Source: an uncultured delta proteobacterium
GTDB lineage: Bacteria > Desulfobacterota > Desulfomonilia > Desulfomonilales > Desulfomonilaceae
DNA: 64,000 nucleotides
NCBI GenBank assembly: GCA_963789265.1
Contig: CAWBKB010000003.1
Location: 960,001 to 1,024,000, forward strand
Reading direction: 5' to 3'
Below are positions 21,018 through 31,315 of this stretch, in pieces. Position 1 is the first letter of the stretch. Each line of letters starts with the position of its first letter. The notes beneath the pieces were generated by a model. It worked only from the letters and a program-made list of their open reading frames with translations. It made no database searches and was not told the DNA's origin. The position numbers and the translations under genes are program-made.

Positions 21018-21533
21018 CGAAGGAAGAGCTGGAAGGTGCTGTGATCGCTTACATGGACTCGTTCACTACGATGACGCTCGCGTGCAGTACCAGAAGATAA
21101 GCCTTGGACAGCGGCCGTTTATTACGCCCGGCAAGGTTTGGATTTGATCTTCTTCTCTTCTCCCACCTCCCGCCATTCAGAGATCTTTTCCCGGAATCCC
21201 CTGGCCGCAGCCGCCATACATGGAGACTATCGGGGATGGAAGGAGATCAAAGGGTTGCAGATGGAAGGACGCATCCACTCCGTGACCGGCCCAAAAGCAA
21301 AGGCCCGTGCTATTTCTACCTATGTGAAGCGACATCCTTTTGTTCGTGAATTTGTCTCCGATCCACTGTCTATTAGTTCGGAAATCGCAAGAAAAATGAC
21401 CAAAGTGAATCTCTACTTCTTCCGGCCTGACGCGATTTTGTACCTCAATAACGAGGCCGGCTTTGGAACTCGATGGAAGCTGGAAGTTGAAGGAGGGCGG
21501 GCCTCCGGTCTGGCTGGGGAACCTTTGCTCTGA
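21014..21533 (+). CDS. Pyridoxamine 5'-phosphate oxidase-like split-barrel protein (YhbP/UPF0306-like), one frameshift at about 21091
   Basis: ATGA overlap with the ubiX stop; MTLAC, then after removing one C: EDKPWTAAVYY...FFSSPTSRHS...IKGLQMEG...NEAGFG. Confidence 0.75.
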
Positions 21534-21634
21534 TTGAGTTCTCCATAGCCTCTTCCGACAACCTCCAATGTATTGGCGCTTTTCTGGACCTTCCTCAACT
21601 GAACGTCAACCAACAACAACCAGGAGGTGTAGAG

Positions 21635-23467
21635 ATGGCCGATGTGAAGTTCCCCAGCCCGCACGAGGCGGAAAGCATCCCGGGAACCGAGGGATGGGAA
21701 AGAATGTTCCCGTACCATTATCAGTTCAGCACCAGTGATCCGGAACGAAAGAAGTACGAAGAAAGCATGTTCTGGTTCTACGACGGGCTGCACTACCCGG
21801 AGCCGATGTATCCTTTTGACATCATGTGGGATGAAGCTTGGTTTCTTGCTCTGTCCCAGTACAACAGCCGCATCTTCATTGTTCCGCCGGCCATGGGGAT
21901 AGACCACAGAATCCATAACGGCTACATCTACATCACGCCTCTCCCGGTTGCCAATCCGGAGGATATCCCCAAGCGCGCGGAACTCTTCATGAAGCGCGCG
22001 GGTTATTACTATCAGAATTGGAAGGAACTCGAAAAAAGCTGGGAAGGCAAGATGCGCAAGGTGATCACGGAGCTCATCGAGATCGAGATCCCGTCCCTCC
22101 CTGAAATGGAAGATGAGTCGGTCGTTTTCAAGGGAATAGGCCAGTCTTCCGGGTACAAACTTCTCAATGCCTACGACAGGCTGATAGACCAGGGAATACT
22201 CTGTTGGCAATACCATTTCGAGTTCTTGAACCTGGGATACGCTGCGTACGTCTTTTTCATGGACTTTTGCCAGAAGGCGTTTCCCGACATCACGGCGCAA
22301 CAGATAACTCAAATGGTTAGCGGCATTGATGTCATGATGTTCAGGCCGGACGAAGAACTCAAAAAACTGGCCAAACTAGCGGTAGAACTGGGAGTAGACG
22401 ACATTCTCCTGAAGGGCAAAGACGGTTCAGTGCTGGAAGAATTGAAAGCCTCCGAAAACGGGGCAAAATGGCTGAAAGATTTGGATGCAGCTCGCGATCC
22501 GTGGTTCTATGTCTCTTCCGGCACTGGGTGGTATCACGATCATGTTTCATGGAACGACGATTTCGCCTTCCCGCTCTCTTTTATAAACATCTATGTCGAA
22601 AAACTCAGGGCTGGAAAAAGCATCGATCGTCCCAAGGAAGCAGTGGCCAAGAGGCGCGACCAGTTGACGCAAGGCTACAGAGATCTCCTCAAGACCGACG
22701 AGGACAGGACTACCTTCGATCAGATGTTGACTCAAGCAAGGACTGTTTTTCCTTATGTTGAAAACCATCTCTTTTACGTCGAGCATTGGTTCCACAGCAT
22801 CTTCTGGAACAAGGTCCGAGAAGTTGCAAAAATCCTGGTCGACGCCAAATTCATCCAGGACGTAGAGGATGTTTGGTACTTGACCCGAGCCGAGATCAAG
22901 GACGCTCTTTGGGATGTCGTGACCTCTTGGGCCACAGGCTCCAAACCCCGCGGGCCTCTGGTATGGCCTCAAGAAGTAGTTTGGAGAAAACAGTGCATGG
23001 AAAAATTTCGGGAATGGACTCCGCCTGCTGCTATGGGCACTGTCCCCGAAACTATCAATGAGCCTTTCACCATAATGCTCTGGGGTATCACCTCCGAGTC
23101 AATGGCAAATTGGGCGAAGCTCAAAGCTATAGGCGAGGGGGATGTCTCCAAGATCATCGGATTCCCCGGTTCACCCGGGACGGCTGAGGGTCCTGCGCGA
23201 GTATGCCGCAAGGTATCCGACATTACAGATCTGAAGGAAGGTGAAATCCTGGTCTCTACAACGACTTCGCCGAGTTGGGCACCTGCTTTCCAGAAGATCA
23301 GGGCCGCAGTGACCGACGTCGGCGGGGTCATGTGCCATGCTGCCATCGTGTGTCGGGAGTACGGCCTTCCCGCGGTGGTTGGGACAGGCTCGGCAACATC
23401 AAGGATCAAAACTGGCCAACGAATCAGGGTAGATGGTGTTTCCGGCGAAGTTGATATCCTCTCATGA
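21635..23467 (+). CDS. ppsA: Phenylphosphate synthase alpha-like subunit (phospho-His carrier)
   Basis: N-terminus KFPSPH...IPGTEGWERMFPYHYQF resembles Thauera-type PpsA as recalled; GGVMCHAAIVCREYG phospho-His domain; 610 aa. Confidence 0.9.
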   Translation: MADVKFPSPHEAESIPGTEGWERMFPYHYQFSTSDPERKKYEESMFWFYDGLHYPEPMYPFDIMWDEAWFLALSQYNSRIFIVPPAMGIDHRIHNGYIYITPLPVANPEDIPKRAELFMKRAGYYYQNWKELEKSWEGKMRKVITELIEIEIPSLPEMEDESVVFKGIGQSSGYKLLNAYDRLIDQGILCWQYHFEFLNLGYAAYVFFMDFCQKAFPDITAQQITQMVSGIDVMMFRPDEELKKLAKLAVELGVDDILLKGKDGSVLEELKASENGAKWLKDLDAARDPWFYVSSGTGWYHDHVSWNDDFAFPLSFINIYVEKLRAGKSIDRPKEAVAKRRDQLTQGYRDLLKTDEDRTTFDQMLTQARTVFPYVENHLFYVEHWFHSIFWNKVREVAKILVDAKFIQDVEDVWYLTRAEIKDALWDVVTSWATGSKPRGPLVWPQEVVWRKQCMEKFREWTPPAAMGTVPETINEPFTIMLWGITSESMANWAKLKAIGEGDVSKIIGFPGSPGTAEGPARVCRKVSDITDLKEGEILVSTTTSPSWAPAFQKIRAAVTDVGGVMCHAAIVCREYGLPAVVGTGSATSRIKTGQRIRVDGVSGEVDILS

Positions 23468-23491
23468 ACTGCCTTAGCGGAGGACTTAGCG

Positions 23492-24571
23492 ATGGAAAAC
23501 TCCGAGTACGTGCTCCCCTTCGAGGAATGTGACCTCACCATGGTCGCTAAAGTGGGCGGCAAGTGTGCTAGTTTGGGGGAGCTTTTGAAGGCGCGCATTC
23601 CCGTCCCACCTGGATTTGCCGTTACTACCGACGCTTATGAGCTTTTCCTCGAAGAAAACGGTCTGACTGAAGGAGTAATGGGTAAACTCAAGGACTTGGA
23701 TGAAAGCAGGCTCGATGAAATCAACCGGGCATCTTCTGAAATTCGAGCCCACATAGAAGCGGGGACGATCAACGAACCCCTGGAAGATATTATTGCGGAG
23801 CACTATCGCTCCCTGGCAAAACGTTCCAGGACCCCAGCAGTACCTGTCGCAGTCCGATCTTCCGCCACCGCCGAGGACCTCCCCGACGCGAGCTTTGCAG
23901 GCCAACAAGATACCTTCCTCTGGGTGCGAGGAGTGGACGACTTGTTCGACAAGATACGCAAGTGCTGGTCCAGTTTGTTCACTGCTCGCGCCATTTCTTA
24001 CAGGACGAAAATGGGATTCGACCATTCCAAAGTACTGCTGAGCGTAGCAGTCCAAAAGATGGTCCGGTCCTTTGCCGCAGGAGTCATGTTTACCCTCAAC
24101 CCGTCTACAGGTGACCGCTCGACGGTCGTGATCGACTCGAACTGGGGATACGGGGAGAGTGTAGTCTCCGGCGAAGTAACACCGGACCAATTTCAAGTCA
24201 ACAAGATCACTATGGAGGTTGTCAGGAAGACGGTCTCTGACAAGGCAATGTACTACACGACGGATCCGGAGACCGATGAGGTAAAGAAACTTGAGGTCGC
24301 GTCTGAGCAACGGACGTCTCAGAGTCTGCTGGACGCCGAGATTATTGAACTGGCCAAGATGGCCAAGTTGATTGAGAAACATTACGGCAAGCCCATGGAT
24401 ATTGAATGGGCCACTGAAAAATCCCTCCCTTACAAAGGGGAAGTATTCATTCTCCAGAGCCGCCCGGAAACTGTCTGGAGCCGGAAAGAGGTGAAGCCCG
24501 TAGTGGAGCCCCGAAAGAGCGCGCTTGAGCACATAGTCGCGGGACTCATTGCTGGAAAGAAGATCAGATAA
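23492..24571 (+). CDS. ppsB: Phenylphosphate synthase beta-like subunit (ATP-grasp)
   Basis: VGGKCASLGEL, AVRSSATAEDLPDASFAGQQDT, MDIEWA, ILQSRPETVWS; stand-alone PEP-synthase N-domain next to ppsA. Confidence 0.9.
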   Translation: MENSEYVLPFEECDLTMVAKVGGKCASLGELLKARIPVPPGFAVTTDAYELFLEENGLTEGVMGKLKDLDESRLDEINRASSEIRAHIEAGTINEPLEDIIAEHYRSLAKRSRTPAVPVAVRSSATAEDLPDASFAGQQDTFLWVRGVDDLFDKIRKCWSSLFTARAISYRTKMGFDHSKVLLSVAVQKMVRSFAAGVMFTLNPSTGDRSTVVIDSNWGYGESVVSGEVTPDQFQVNKITMEVVRKTVSDKAMYYTTDPETDEVKKLEVASEQRTSQSLLDAEIIELAKMAKLIEKHYGKPMDIEWATEKSLPYKGEVFILQSRPETVWSRKEVKPVVEPRKSALEHIVAGLIAGKKIR

Positions 24572-24743
24572 CTCCAAATTGACAAGCCTGTAGGTGATGA
24601 TCGCCGCACCCGTGGACAGGGGTTGGGAATGCTGGACTATGACCACCGGGAGCTAGTGGCGAAGTGCGCCCTGAAAAGGGCAAAACAGGAACTCGCGGGC
24701 ATGACCGAGCGTTCGAAAACATCGATCCAAGGAGGATAGCAAC

Positions 24744-26186
24744 ATGAAGGAATTGAGGGACTTTATCAACCGGTGCGAACAAGAAGGGGAACTCCTTCGC
24801 ATCAAAACTGAGGTCGACTGGAACCTCGAGCTGAACCATGTCGCTAAAATCAGCGAGGAGCGCAAAGGCCCAGCGCTCCTGTTCGAGAACGTCAAAGGCT
24901 ATGACATTCCCGTTTTGACAAGTGCATTTACAACTACCAGGCGCTTCGCCATCGCTCTGGACATGCCGCTTGATTCTTCTATTTGCGACATGGCTCGTGA
25001 ATGGATGCAGCTCACGATAAAAAAGCCTGTTAGGGCCAAAATTGTGGACTCCGGCCCTGTCCGTGAAATGGAGATCAAGGGCAAGGACGTCGATATCCTG
25101 TCTTTACCGGTTCCCTTTTTCAACCCACTGGATGGCGGACGATTCATTGGTACCGCGGTTTACCTCGTGACTAAGGACAAGGAATCGGGATGGACCAATT
25201 GCGGAACCTATCGAATGCAGGTTCATGACCGGAATCACTGCGGTGTCCAGATCATCAAAGGTAAACACGCTGACTTCCACTTCAACCAGCATAAGAAAGA
25301 CGGTACAAAAATGCCGGCGGCCGCAGTCATCGGCGCGGACGCGGTTCACTTTCTTGTTTCATCGACTCTGGTATCAGCCCAAACGGATGAATTCGACATC
25401 ATCAGCACGCTTCGTCAAGAACCGTGTGAGATATTTGAGAGTGAGCTCACGGGGCTCAAACTGCCGGCCAACGCGGAGATTATTCTGGAGGGTTGGATCG
25501 ATCCGGCAGACATGCGAGAAGAGGGCCCCTTTGGCGAGTACACAGGCTATTATTCCGGTGCAAAGGGCGAAGAATGGCCGAAGCAGGTGCTCCATATCGA
25601 GCGCATACTAAGGCGCAAGAAACCTGTCTTCTGGGCAACCACAGTCGGCAAGCCGATCACGGACACTCACATGATCCAGTCTCTCAACCGGAGCGCTACT
25701 CTGTGGACGGATCTGGAGAACATGAAGATTCCGGGAATCAAATCCGTTTACTTTCTTCCGGAATCCACAGGCCGCTACTGGTGCGTTGTTTCCGTAGAGC
25801 AGAAATACCCTGGTCATTCCAATCAAGTAGGCAATGCCGTCATCGCAACGACTACGGGGCATTACGGAGTCAAGGGAGTAATCGTGGTAGGTGACGACGT
25901 GCCCGCGGACGATTGGGACAGAGTCATGTGGTCTCTTGCAGTTCGATTCGATCCGAAGCGTGATGCGCAGATTATTGATCGTGGGCGTTCCACCCCTCTG
26001 GACCCGGCTCTTCCCATCAACGCGCGCCATATAACTTCGAGAATCATTATGGACGCTTGCACTCCTTTTGAGTGGGAGAGAAAGCCGATCGAGATCTTTC
26101 TCGATGAAGACATGAAGAAGAAAGTCCTTGCCAGATGGAAAGAATACGGCTTTGAGGATTGGAGCGCAGCTATCTGCAAACCCTGA
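24744..26186 (+). CDS. ppcB: Phenylphosphate carboxylase beta-like UbiD protein
   Basis: EVDWNLELNHVAK, GTYRMQ, EGPFGEYTGYY, PESTGRYW, RGRSTPLDPAL resemble PpcB as recalled. Confidence 0.85.
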   Translation: MKELRDFINRCEQEGELLRIKTEVDWNLELNHVAKISEERKGPALLFENVKGYDIPVLTSAFTTTRRFAIALDMPLDSSICDMAREWMQLTIKKPVRAKIVDSGPVREMEIKGKDVDILSLPVPFFNPLDGGRFIGTAVYLVTKDKESGWTNCGTYRMQVHDRNHCGVQIIKGKHADFHFNQHKKDGTKMPAAAVIGADAVHFLVSSTLVSAQTDEFDIISTLRQEPCEIFESELTGLKLPANAEIILEGWIDPADMREEGPFGEYTGYYSGAKGEEWPKQVLHIERILRRKKPVFWATTVGKPITDTHMIQSLNRSATLWTDLENMKIPGIKSVYFLPESTGRYWCVVSVEQKYPGHSNQVGNAVIATTTGHYGVKGVIVVGDDVPADDWDRVMWSLAVRFDPKRDAQIIDRGRSTPLDPALPINARHITSRIIMDACTPFEWERKPIEIFLDEDMKKKVLARWKEYGFEDWSAAICKP

Positions 26187-26310
26187 GATAGTGGGCGCTC
26201 AGGAGATAAGCCGCCTAGGAACACAGTAAGTGTTTCGGCATAAACTCCTGAGCCTTTACCGCAGGACTTGCACAAGCTTAAACACATCGGCAAGGGAGGT
26301 GCACGGGCTG

Positions 26311-27971
26311 ATGAGACCCATACGCTATACCGATGACATGATAGACGAATTTCGATCTCAGGGATTGTGGACGGATGAAACGTTCGCTGATTATTGGCTG
26401 AAGAAACGCCCACGAACGCCCGGATAAAGAGGCTCTGGTAGATTCCACCACGCGAGTAACGTGGGCGGAGGCGGCTAAGCTCATGGATCGCTTCGCTCTG
26501 GCGTGGATACACATGGGGCTGGAAAGGGACGACAGAGTAATCCTGCAGGCCCCGAACTGCGCCTATGGATTCCTGTCCAGGATTGCGTGTGAGCGGGCCG
26601 GTCTGATCAATATCACGGTTATGCCTTATCTGCGTCAGAAAGAACTGACACATCTAATCAACAAGATAGATCCCAGGGCCATGATTATTCCCGGAATATA
26701 CAGGAAATTTAATTACCTCGAAATGGTAGAGGAACTCAAGCGAGAGTTCACCCGCTTGAAATACACGTTTCTTCTCGACGAATCCATTCCCGGCCCTTAT
26801 CCGGAAAACACCCACTCTTTGGTGAAGATCGCGCAGGAGCCGTGGGAAGAGAAGACTGACCCAACCGTCCTTAAGACGACAAGGTTTCATGCAACTGGCG
26901 ATGTGGGGGCTCTAACCAGTACCAGCGGAACGACCGGGGTACCCAAAATCGTCGAATGGCCTCTCGCACCGAGATTGATGACATCCAAATGTCGAGTGGA
27001 AATCTGGAAGCTTACAGGCGATGACGTGGCCCTCGCCGTCGCACCGTTTGCCGGTGGCGCGGCCGGAACCCTGACATATTTTGCAGCTCCTCTCGTTGGA
27101 GCGAAAATCGTACTGCTGGAAGAATTTACTCCCGCTGGTGCTCTGGAGATGATTGAGAAAGAGAAAGTGACCGCGATAGGGGTTGTTCCTACTCATGTCG
27201 TTCGAATGCTGGAGCAGGATCTTTCGAAATACGATCTTTCCTCTCTTAGGTTTATCCGATCCGCCGGCGGATACTTACCACCCAAGGTGGCCATGGAGGC
27301 TGAGGAGCGTCTGGGCGGACGTATAACGTCAGACCTTGGAACCCAGGACGTCGGCTCCGTCTCCGGCTGCTCCATAGACGATCCCGGTGATGTTCGGCGA
27401 CGAACCGTGGGCAAACCTTTGAAAGGTAACAAAATAAGGCTGCTCGATGAGCATGGCAAGGAAGTACCCGACGGAGAACCGGGCATCCTGTATTTGAGAG
27501 GACCTCACTCACCGGCGGGCTATTGGAGAGATCCGGTCGCCACCCGTGAAGTCTTCGATGACAACAACTGGACTACAACGGGCGACATCGTCACTCTCGA
27601 AGACGGCCGTATATGGATCATGGGCCGGCAGAAAGACATGATCATACGCGGCGGCCAGAACATTTATCCTGCGGAAATCGAAGGGTTGCTGAACGAGCAT
27701 CCCAAGGTTTCCGCAATCTCCATCGTGGCGATGCCCGACAAGGAATTCGGGGAGAGATGTTGCGCTTACGTAGTGCCCAAAGCAGGAGGGATGTTCAGCT
27801 TCGATGAAATGGTCTCATTCCTGAAGGAAAAGAAGTTGGCCATGTACAAATTGCCAGAAACGCCTCGAAATCATTGAGGCCATGCCTACTGTAGGCGACT
27901 CGGGCAAAATCGACAAGAAGATTCTGAAAAAGCGGATCGAGGAAAAAATAGCAGCCGAGGGGAAGGTCTGA
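26311..27971 (+). CDS. Aryl/acyl-CoA ligase (AMP-forming), frameshifts at about 26402 and 27860
   Basis: ATG 26311 after GGGAGG; STSGTTGVPK, TTGD, GRQKDMIIRGGQNIYP; corrected C-terminus LPERLEII...SGKIDKK ends at TGA 27969-27971, overlapping the next ATG. Confidence 0.85.
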
Positions 27972-29203
27972 TGGAACGGGTCATTCTCCTCATATCAACC
28001 CTTGACACGAAGGGACCCGAAACCCTCTACCTGCGGGACAAGATCCGTGAGAGAGGCCACAATCCGGTGGTGCTGGATGTCGGCATGTCCGACGAAGCAT
28101 CGGGCGCGGATATCTCTCCTGCAGACGTGGCGCAGGCGGGAGGCGCAAACATAGAAGAGATCAGGTCCTCCAGGGACCGAAAAACAATCACCCGGCAAAT
28201 GATCAATGGAGCGATTAAGCTTGCCCGCGACCTTCTGGATTCGGGTCGCTTGGCCGGCGTCATAGGACTCGGCGGCTCGACCGGCAGCCTGATGGCGACT
28301 GACGTGATGCGCTCTCTGCCTTTTGGTATCCCCAAGCTCATGGTCTCCTCTACTGCTGCACTGCCCGGGCTTGCCACACGGTACATCGGAACCGGAGATG
28401 TGGCTATCCTGCACACGGTGATTGAAATTTCGGGTCTTACCCCGCTGTTGGTGAACCTGCTCGACCGGGCCGCCGCGGCCATAGTGGGAATGTCGAGTGT
28501 TGCACCACTTAGAGTGGAATCTACCCGCGTAGGAGGCCGGCCTCTGGTGGCCATGTCAATGTTTGGGCTCACAGAAAAATGCGCAGAGCGCGTGCGCAAG
28601 GGACTGGAAGATGCGGGATACCAGGTGATCGGCTTTTCCGCAGCCGGAGTTTGTGATCGAGCGATGGAACAGATGCTCAGCCGACGCTTCTTCGACGCGG
28701 TTGTCGATCTAGCCCCCGGTGGGGTGGGTGAAGAGATTTTGGGAGGCATGAGAGCAGCGGGACCGGAGCGACTAACAGTGGCCGGGAGGCTCGGGATTCC
28801 TCAAGTCGTCGCCCCCGGAGGAGTAAACCTCACCAGCCCGCGGAAGTCTCATTATAAACCTGAGCATCATCAACGCAGGAAGTTCGATCTGGACGAGCTC
28901 CGAACATTTCTGCGGGTTTCCGACGACGAGATGGAGCGGATAGCCTACGTTTTTGCCGAAAAGCTCTGTCGCGCCACGGGCCCGGTGATACTCCTTTTCC
29001 CGGCAAAGGGGTGGTCGGCTGCGGATCCTCCCTCCGGCCACATGTTCGATGGAGAACAGGACCGAATATTCCTTAAGATATTGAAGGAAAGGACCGGTCC
29101 ACATCTTATAACACGGGAGGTTGATGCAAATTTGGAAGATGAGGCGTTCGCCGGCGAGGTGATCAAGGCGTGCCTTGAAGTGTTTCCCAAGCCGATTTCT
29201 TGA
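27971..29203 (+). CDS. UPF0261 / Tm-1-like ATP-binding protein (paralog 2)
   Basis: STLDTKGPE, GLGGSTGS, LPFGIPKLMVSS, GIPQVVAPGG, GWSAAD. Confidence 0.9.
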   Translation: MERVILLISTLDTKGPETLYLRDKIRERGHNPVVLDVGMSDEASGADISPADVAQAGGANIEEIRSSRDRKTITRQMINGAIKLARDLLDSGRLAGVIGLGGSTGSLMATDVMRSLPFGIPKLMVSSTAALPGLATRYIGTGDVAILHTVIEISGLTPLLVNLLDRAAAAIVGMSSVAPLRVESTRVGGRPLVAMSMFGLTEKCAERVRKGLEDAGYQVIGFSAAGVCDRAMEQMLSRRFFDAVVDLAPGGVGEEILGGMRAAGPERLTVAGRLGIPQVVAPGGVNLTSPRKSHYKPEHHQRRKFDLDELRTFLRVSDDEMERIAYVFAEKLCRATGPVILLFPAKGWSAADPPSGHMFDGEQDRIFLKILKERTGPHLITREVDANLEDEAFAGEVIKACLEVFPKPIS

Positions 29204-29245
29204 CGAAAAGAGAACGGCCATAGACAACCAAGGAGGAAAGGCATC

Positions 29246-30351
29246 ATGGAAACCCCAAAAATTGGTGTCGGCCCCACAGGTCCGGTTGCCGGGCTTATTC
29301 AGTTCCTGGCCTTTGCAGTTGCCGGAGTTGTCATCTTCGTCTATGCAATCCCTTCAGATCTCATCGTCATGAAGATTATCCCCGCAACACTACTGATGCT
29401 GGTCGCCCTCGGCCATCTTGTGCTGCTTGGAGACAATTTTCCTCTGGCGCCGCCGGGTGGAACGTGGTGGACCCCCGACAAACCTCGTTACGTGGCAGGA
29501 ATAGGGATGACTGTCATTTGGGCCATCTTTACGTTCGGGCTGCTGCTCTTCATGAGATTCGTATATCCAAAATGGCCGTTGGGACCTCTCTATCTGTGGT
29601 TCGGTGTGATTGCGTTCTGGCTGACTTTGCTCTATGGAGTCAACTGGAACGGTTGGCCTTTTAAGGGGCGCATCCATCCATGGGGAACGATGGCGGCAGG
29701 CTTCATCATTGTCATGGGCCTCTCCATCTTGATCTGGAATTTTTTGACGAATCTGGATGGAACCCCTCTTGCCGCTACCCCCATGAATCACAAGGGTCCT
29801 TTCAATGTCAACTGGCTAACTGGATATCTGGTTCTGGTGTATTGCATGGAGCTTCGTGTTCAATCCTGTCTTCATCACACAGGGTTGGCCTTTCCGTTCT
29901 TGGGGACATCCTGGTGCGGCAGTGGGTCAGACCGTTCTTTCTATTGTCTTAGCTTACGTCTTCTGGCAGGGGAGTTTGGCCGTAGGTCTTAGTCCCACCT
30001 TTTCTTTTGCCGCTGTGGCCTCGTCCATCATCTTCTGGTCTTTGGTCTATAGCTGGCATCTCCAATTCTGGGGAGTTACCAAATACACGTTTTTCAAAAG
30101 GTCGATTTCGGCATTCATTATCGAGTGCATCATAGTCATGGTCTCGGCTTATCATATCGAAAGTGATTCTTGGCCCTGTAGCCGAGAAAATAGCAGCAGC
30201 GAAGTTACCCGCAGACGTAAGCATTCTCATAATCTATCTCAACCTCTGTATTGTCGGTCCGGCCCTCATCCTGCACAATGCCTTCTGGTTAAGATGGCCG
30301 TTGACAATACCGACTCCTCCGGGAACACCACCACCGGATCAAGCCGCATGA
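29246..30351 (+). CDS. Polytopic membrane protein with repeated (W/F)P(F/L) motifs, putative transporter; frameshifts at about 29832 and 30145
   Basis: Three overlapping hydrophobic ORFs join into about 367 aa after removing two single bases; GGAGG RBS. Confidence 0.7.
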
Positions 30352-30463
30352 AAAAGTGCTTCCGTCGGCATTGCCGGTACTTGGAAGGCGAGGTGTAAGC
30401 CCATGAGACGAATTCGACATGCGGGCTCCATCCGGGGTTGGTAGAGGCTACCGTCGGGCGCCT

Positions 30464-30546
30464 GGGGCGAATGGCATTCGCCCCCACAGTTCCCCCATGG
30501 CGCGGGAATGACGGCCTGTCAGGGCGGGTTTCAAACCCGCCCCCAC
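30464..30546. repeat. Cluster of REP-like hairpins
   Basis: GGGGCGAATGGCATTCGCCCC and GGGCGGGTTTCAAACCCGCCC; the latter is the same family as 1541-1569. Confidence 0.7.
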
Positions 30547-30659
30547 GCCGACCCTTCAAAACTCTATGCATAGGATGGCCCCAAAGACATCCTTTGCGGC
30601 AACCGCTTTAGCTGATCGATACTCTTCCGAACTATTCATCCGGTCCAAAGGAGGCCATC

Positions 30660-31301
30660 ATGTATGTGAAGAACTGGATGCTGCCCGCACAATTTTCCAT
30701 ATCCAGTGACGCTTTGGCCACCGACGCACTGTTGCTGATCCGGGAGCATAATCTGAAAATTCTTCCCGTGGTCGACAATGGTCGGCTGCGTGGAGTTCTC
30801 CACCGTCGCGATCTCAGCGAGGCCGCACTGTGCGTCAGCGGCAGCGGTGATCTTTGCGAAATGAGGTACTTTTGTAACAAGCTCAAAGTCAAGGATCTTA
30901 TGGTCCGAATGCCTGTCACGGTTTCAATCAATGACACGGTAGAGAAAGTTCTTATCAAGGGTAAAGAGCTTATGATAAGCAGTTTTCCGGTTATGGACGG
31001 GGACAAGGTTGCCGGTGTTGTGTCGGATCGCGAGATATTTGTGACACTTTTCAAAATCTTGGAGGCAGGACAAGAACGCACACGGATCACCTTGAGGAAC
31101 GTCGCCCTGGAAAGGGGAACGCTTACAAAGGTTCTCGAAGTGGTCGAAGGGGCGGGTTCAAAGGCCCGTTCAATCTTCACGGTCCCGGAAAACGGTTCCG
31201 ATACGGTCAGAGTGGTGCTGCGTTTGGAAGCAGCGGAGCCTACCGTGGTTTACAAGGCCTTGCAAGATGAGGGATATGATATAATGGAAGCATCTGCTTA
31301 A
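30660..31301 (+). CDS. ppsC: Phenylphosphate synthase gamma-like CBS-pair protein
   Basis: MYVKNWM, LPVVDNGRLRG, YFCNKLKVKDLMVRMP and an ACT-like C-terminus resemble PpsC as recalled. Confidence 0.8.
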   Translation: MYVKNWMLPAQFSISSDALATDALLLIREHNLKILPVVDNGRLRGVLHRRDLSEAALCVSGSGDLCEMRYFCNKLKVKDLMVRMPVTVSINDTVEKVLIKGKELMISSFPVMDGDKVAGVVSDREIFVTLFKILEAGQERTRITLRNVALERGTLTKVLEVVEGAGSKARSIFTVPENGSDTVRVVLRLEAAEPTVVYKALQDEGYDIMEASA

Positions 31302-31315
31302 CGAGGCGAGACTGC

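Noticed and set aside
21635..24571. Split PEP synthase or rifampicin phosphotransferase
   Set aside because: No pyruvate-binding TIM barrel; the N-terminal sequence and the ppcB/ppsC/ubiX context fit phenylphosphate synthase.
23486..24646. 386-aa minus-strand ORF (likewise 21413-22312 and 25862-26653)
   Set aside because: Antisense shadows of ppsB, ppsA and ppcB.
24572..24743. Possible small ppcC (gamma) gene or ppsB read-through between ppsB and ppcB (36-codon ORF from 24629)
   Set aside because: Too short for PpcC with no recognisable similarity; the ppsB stop is TAA, so it is not a recoding codon.
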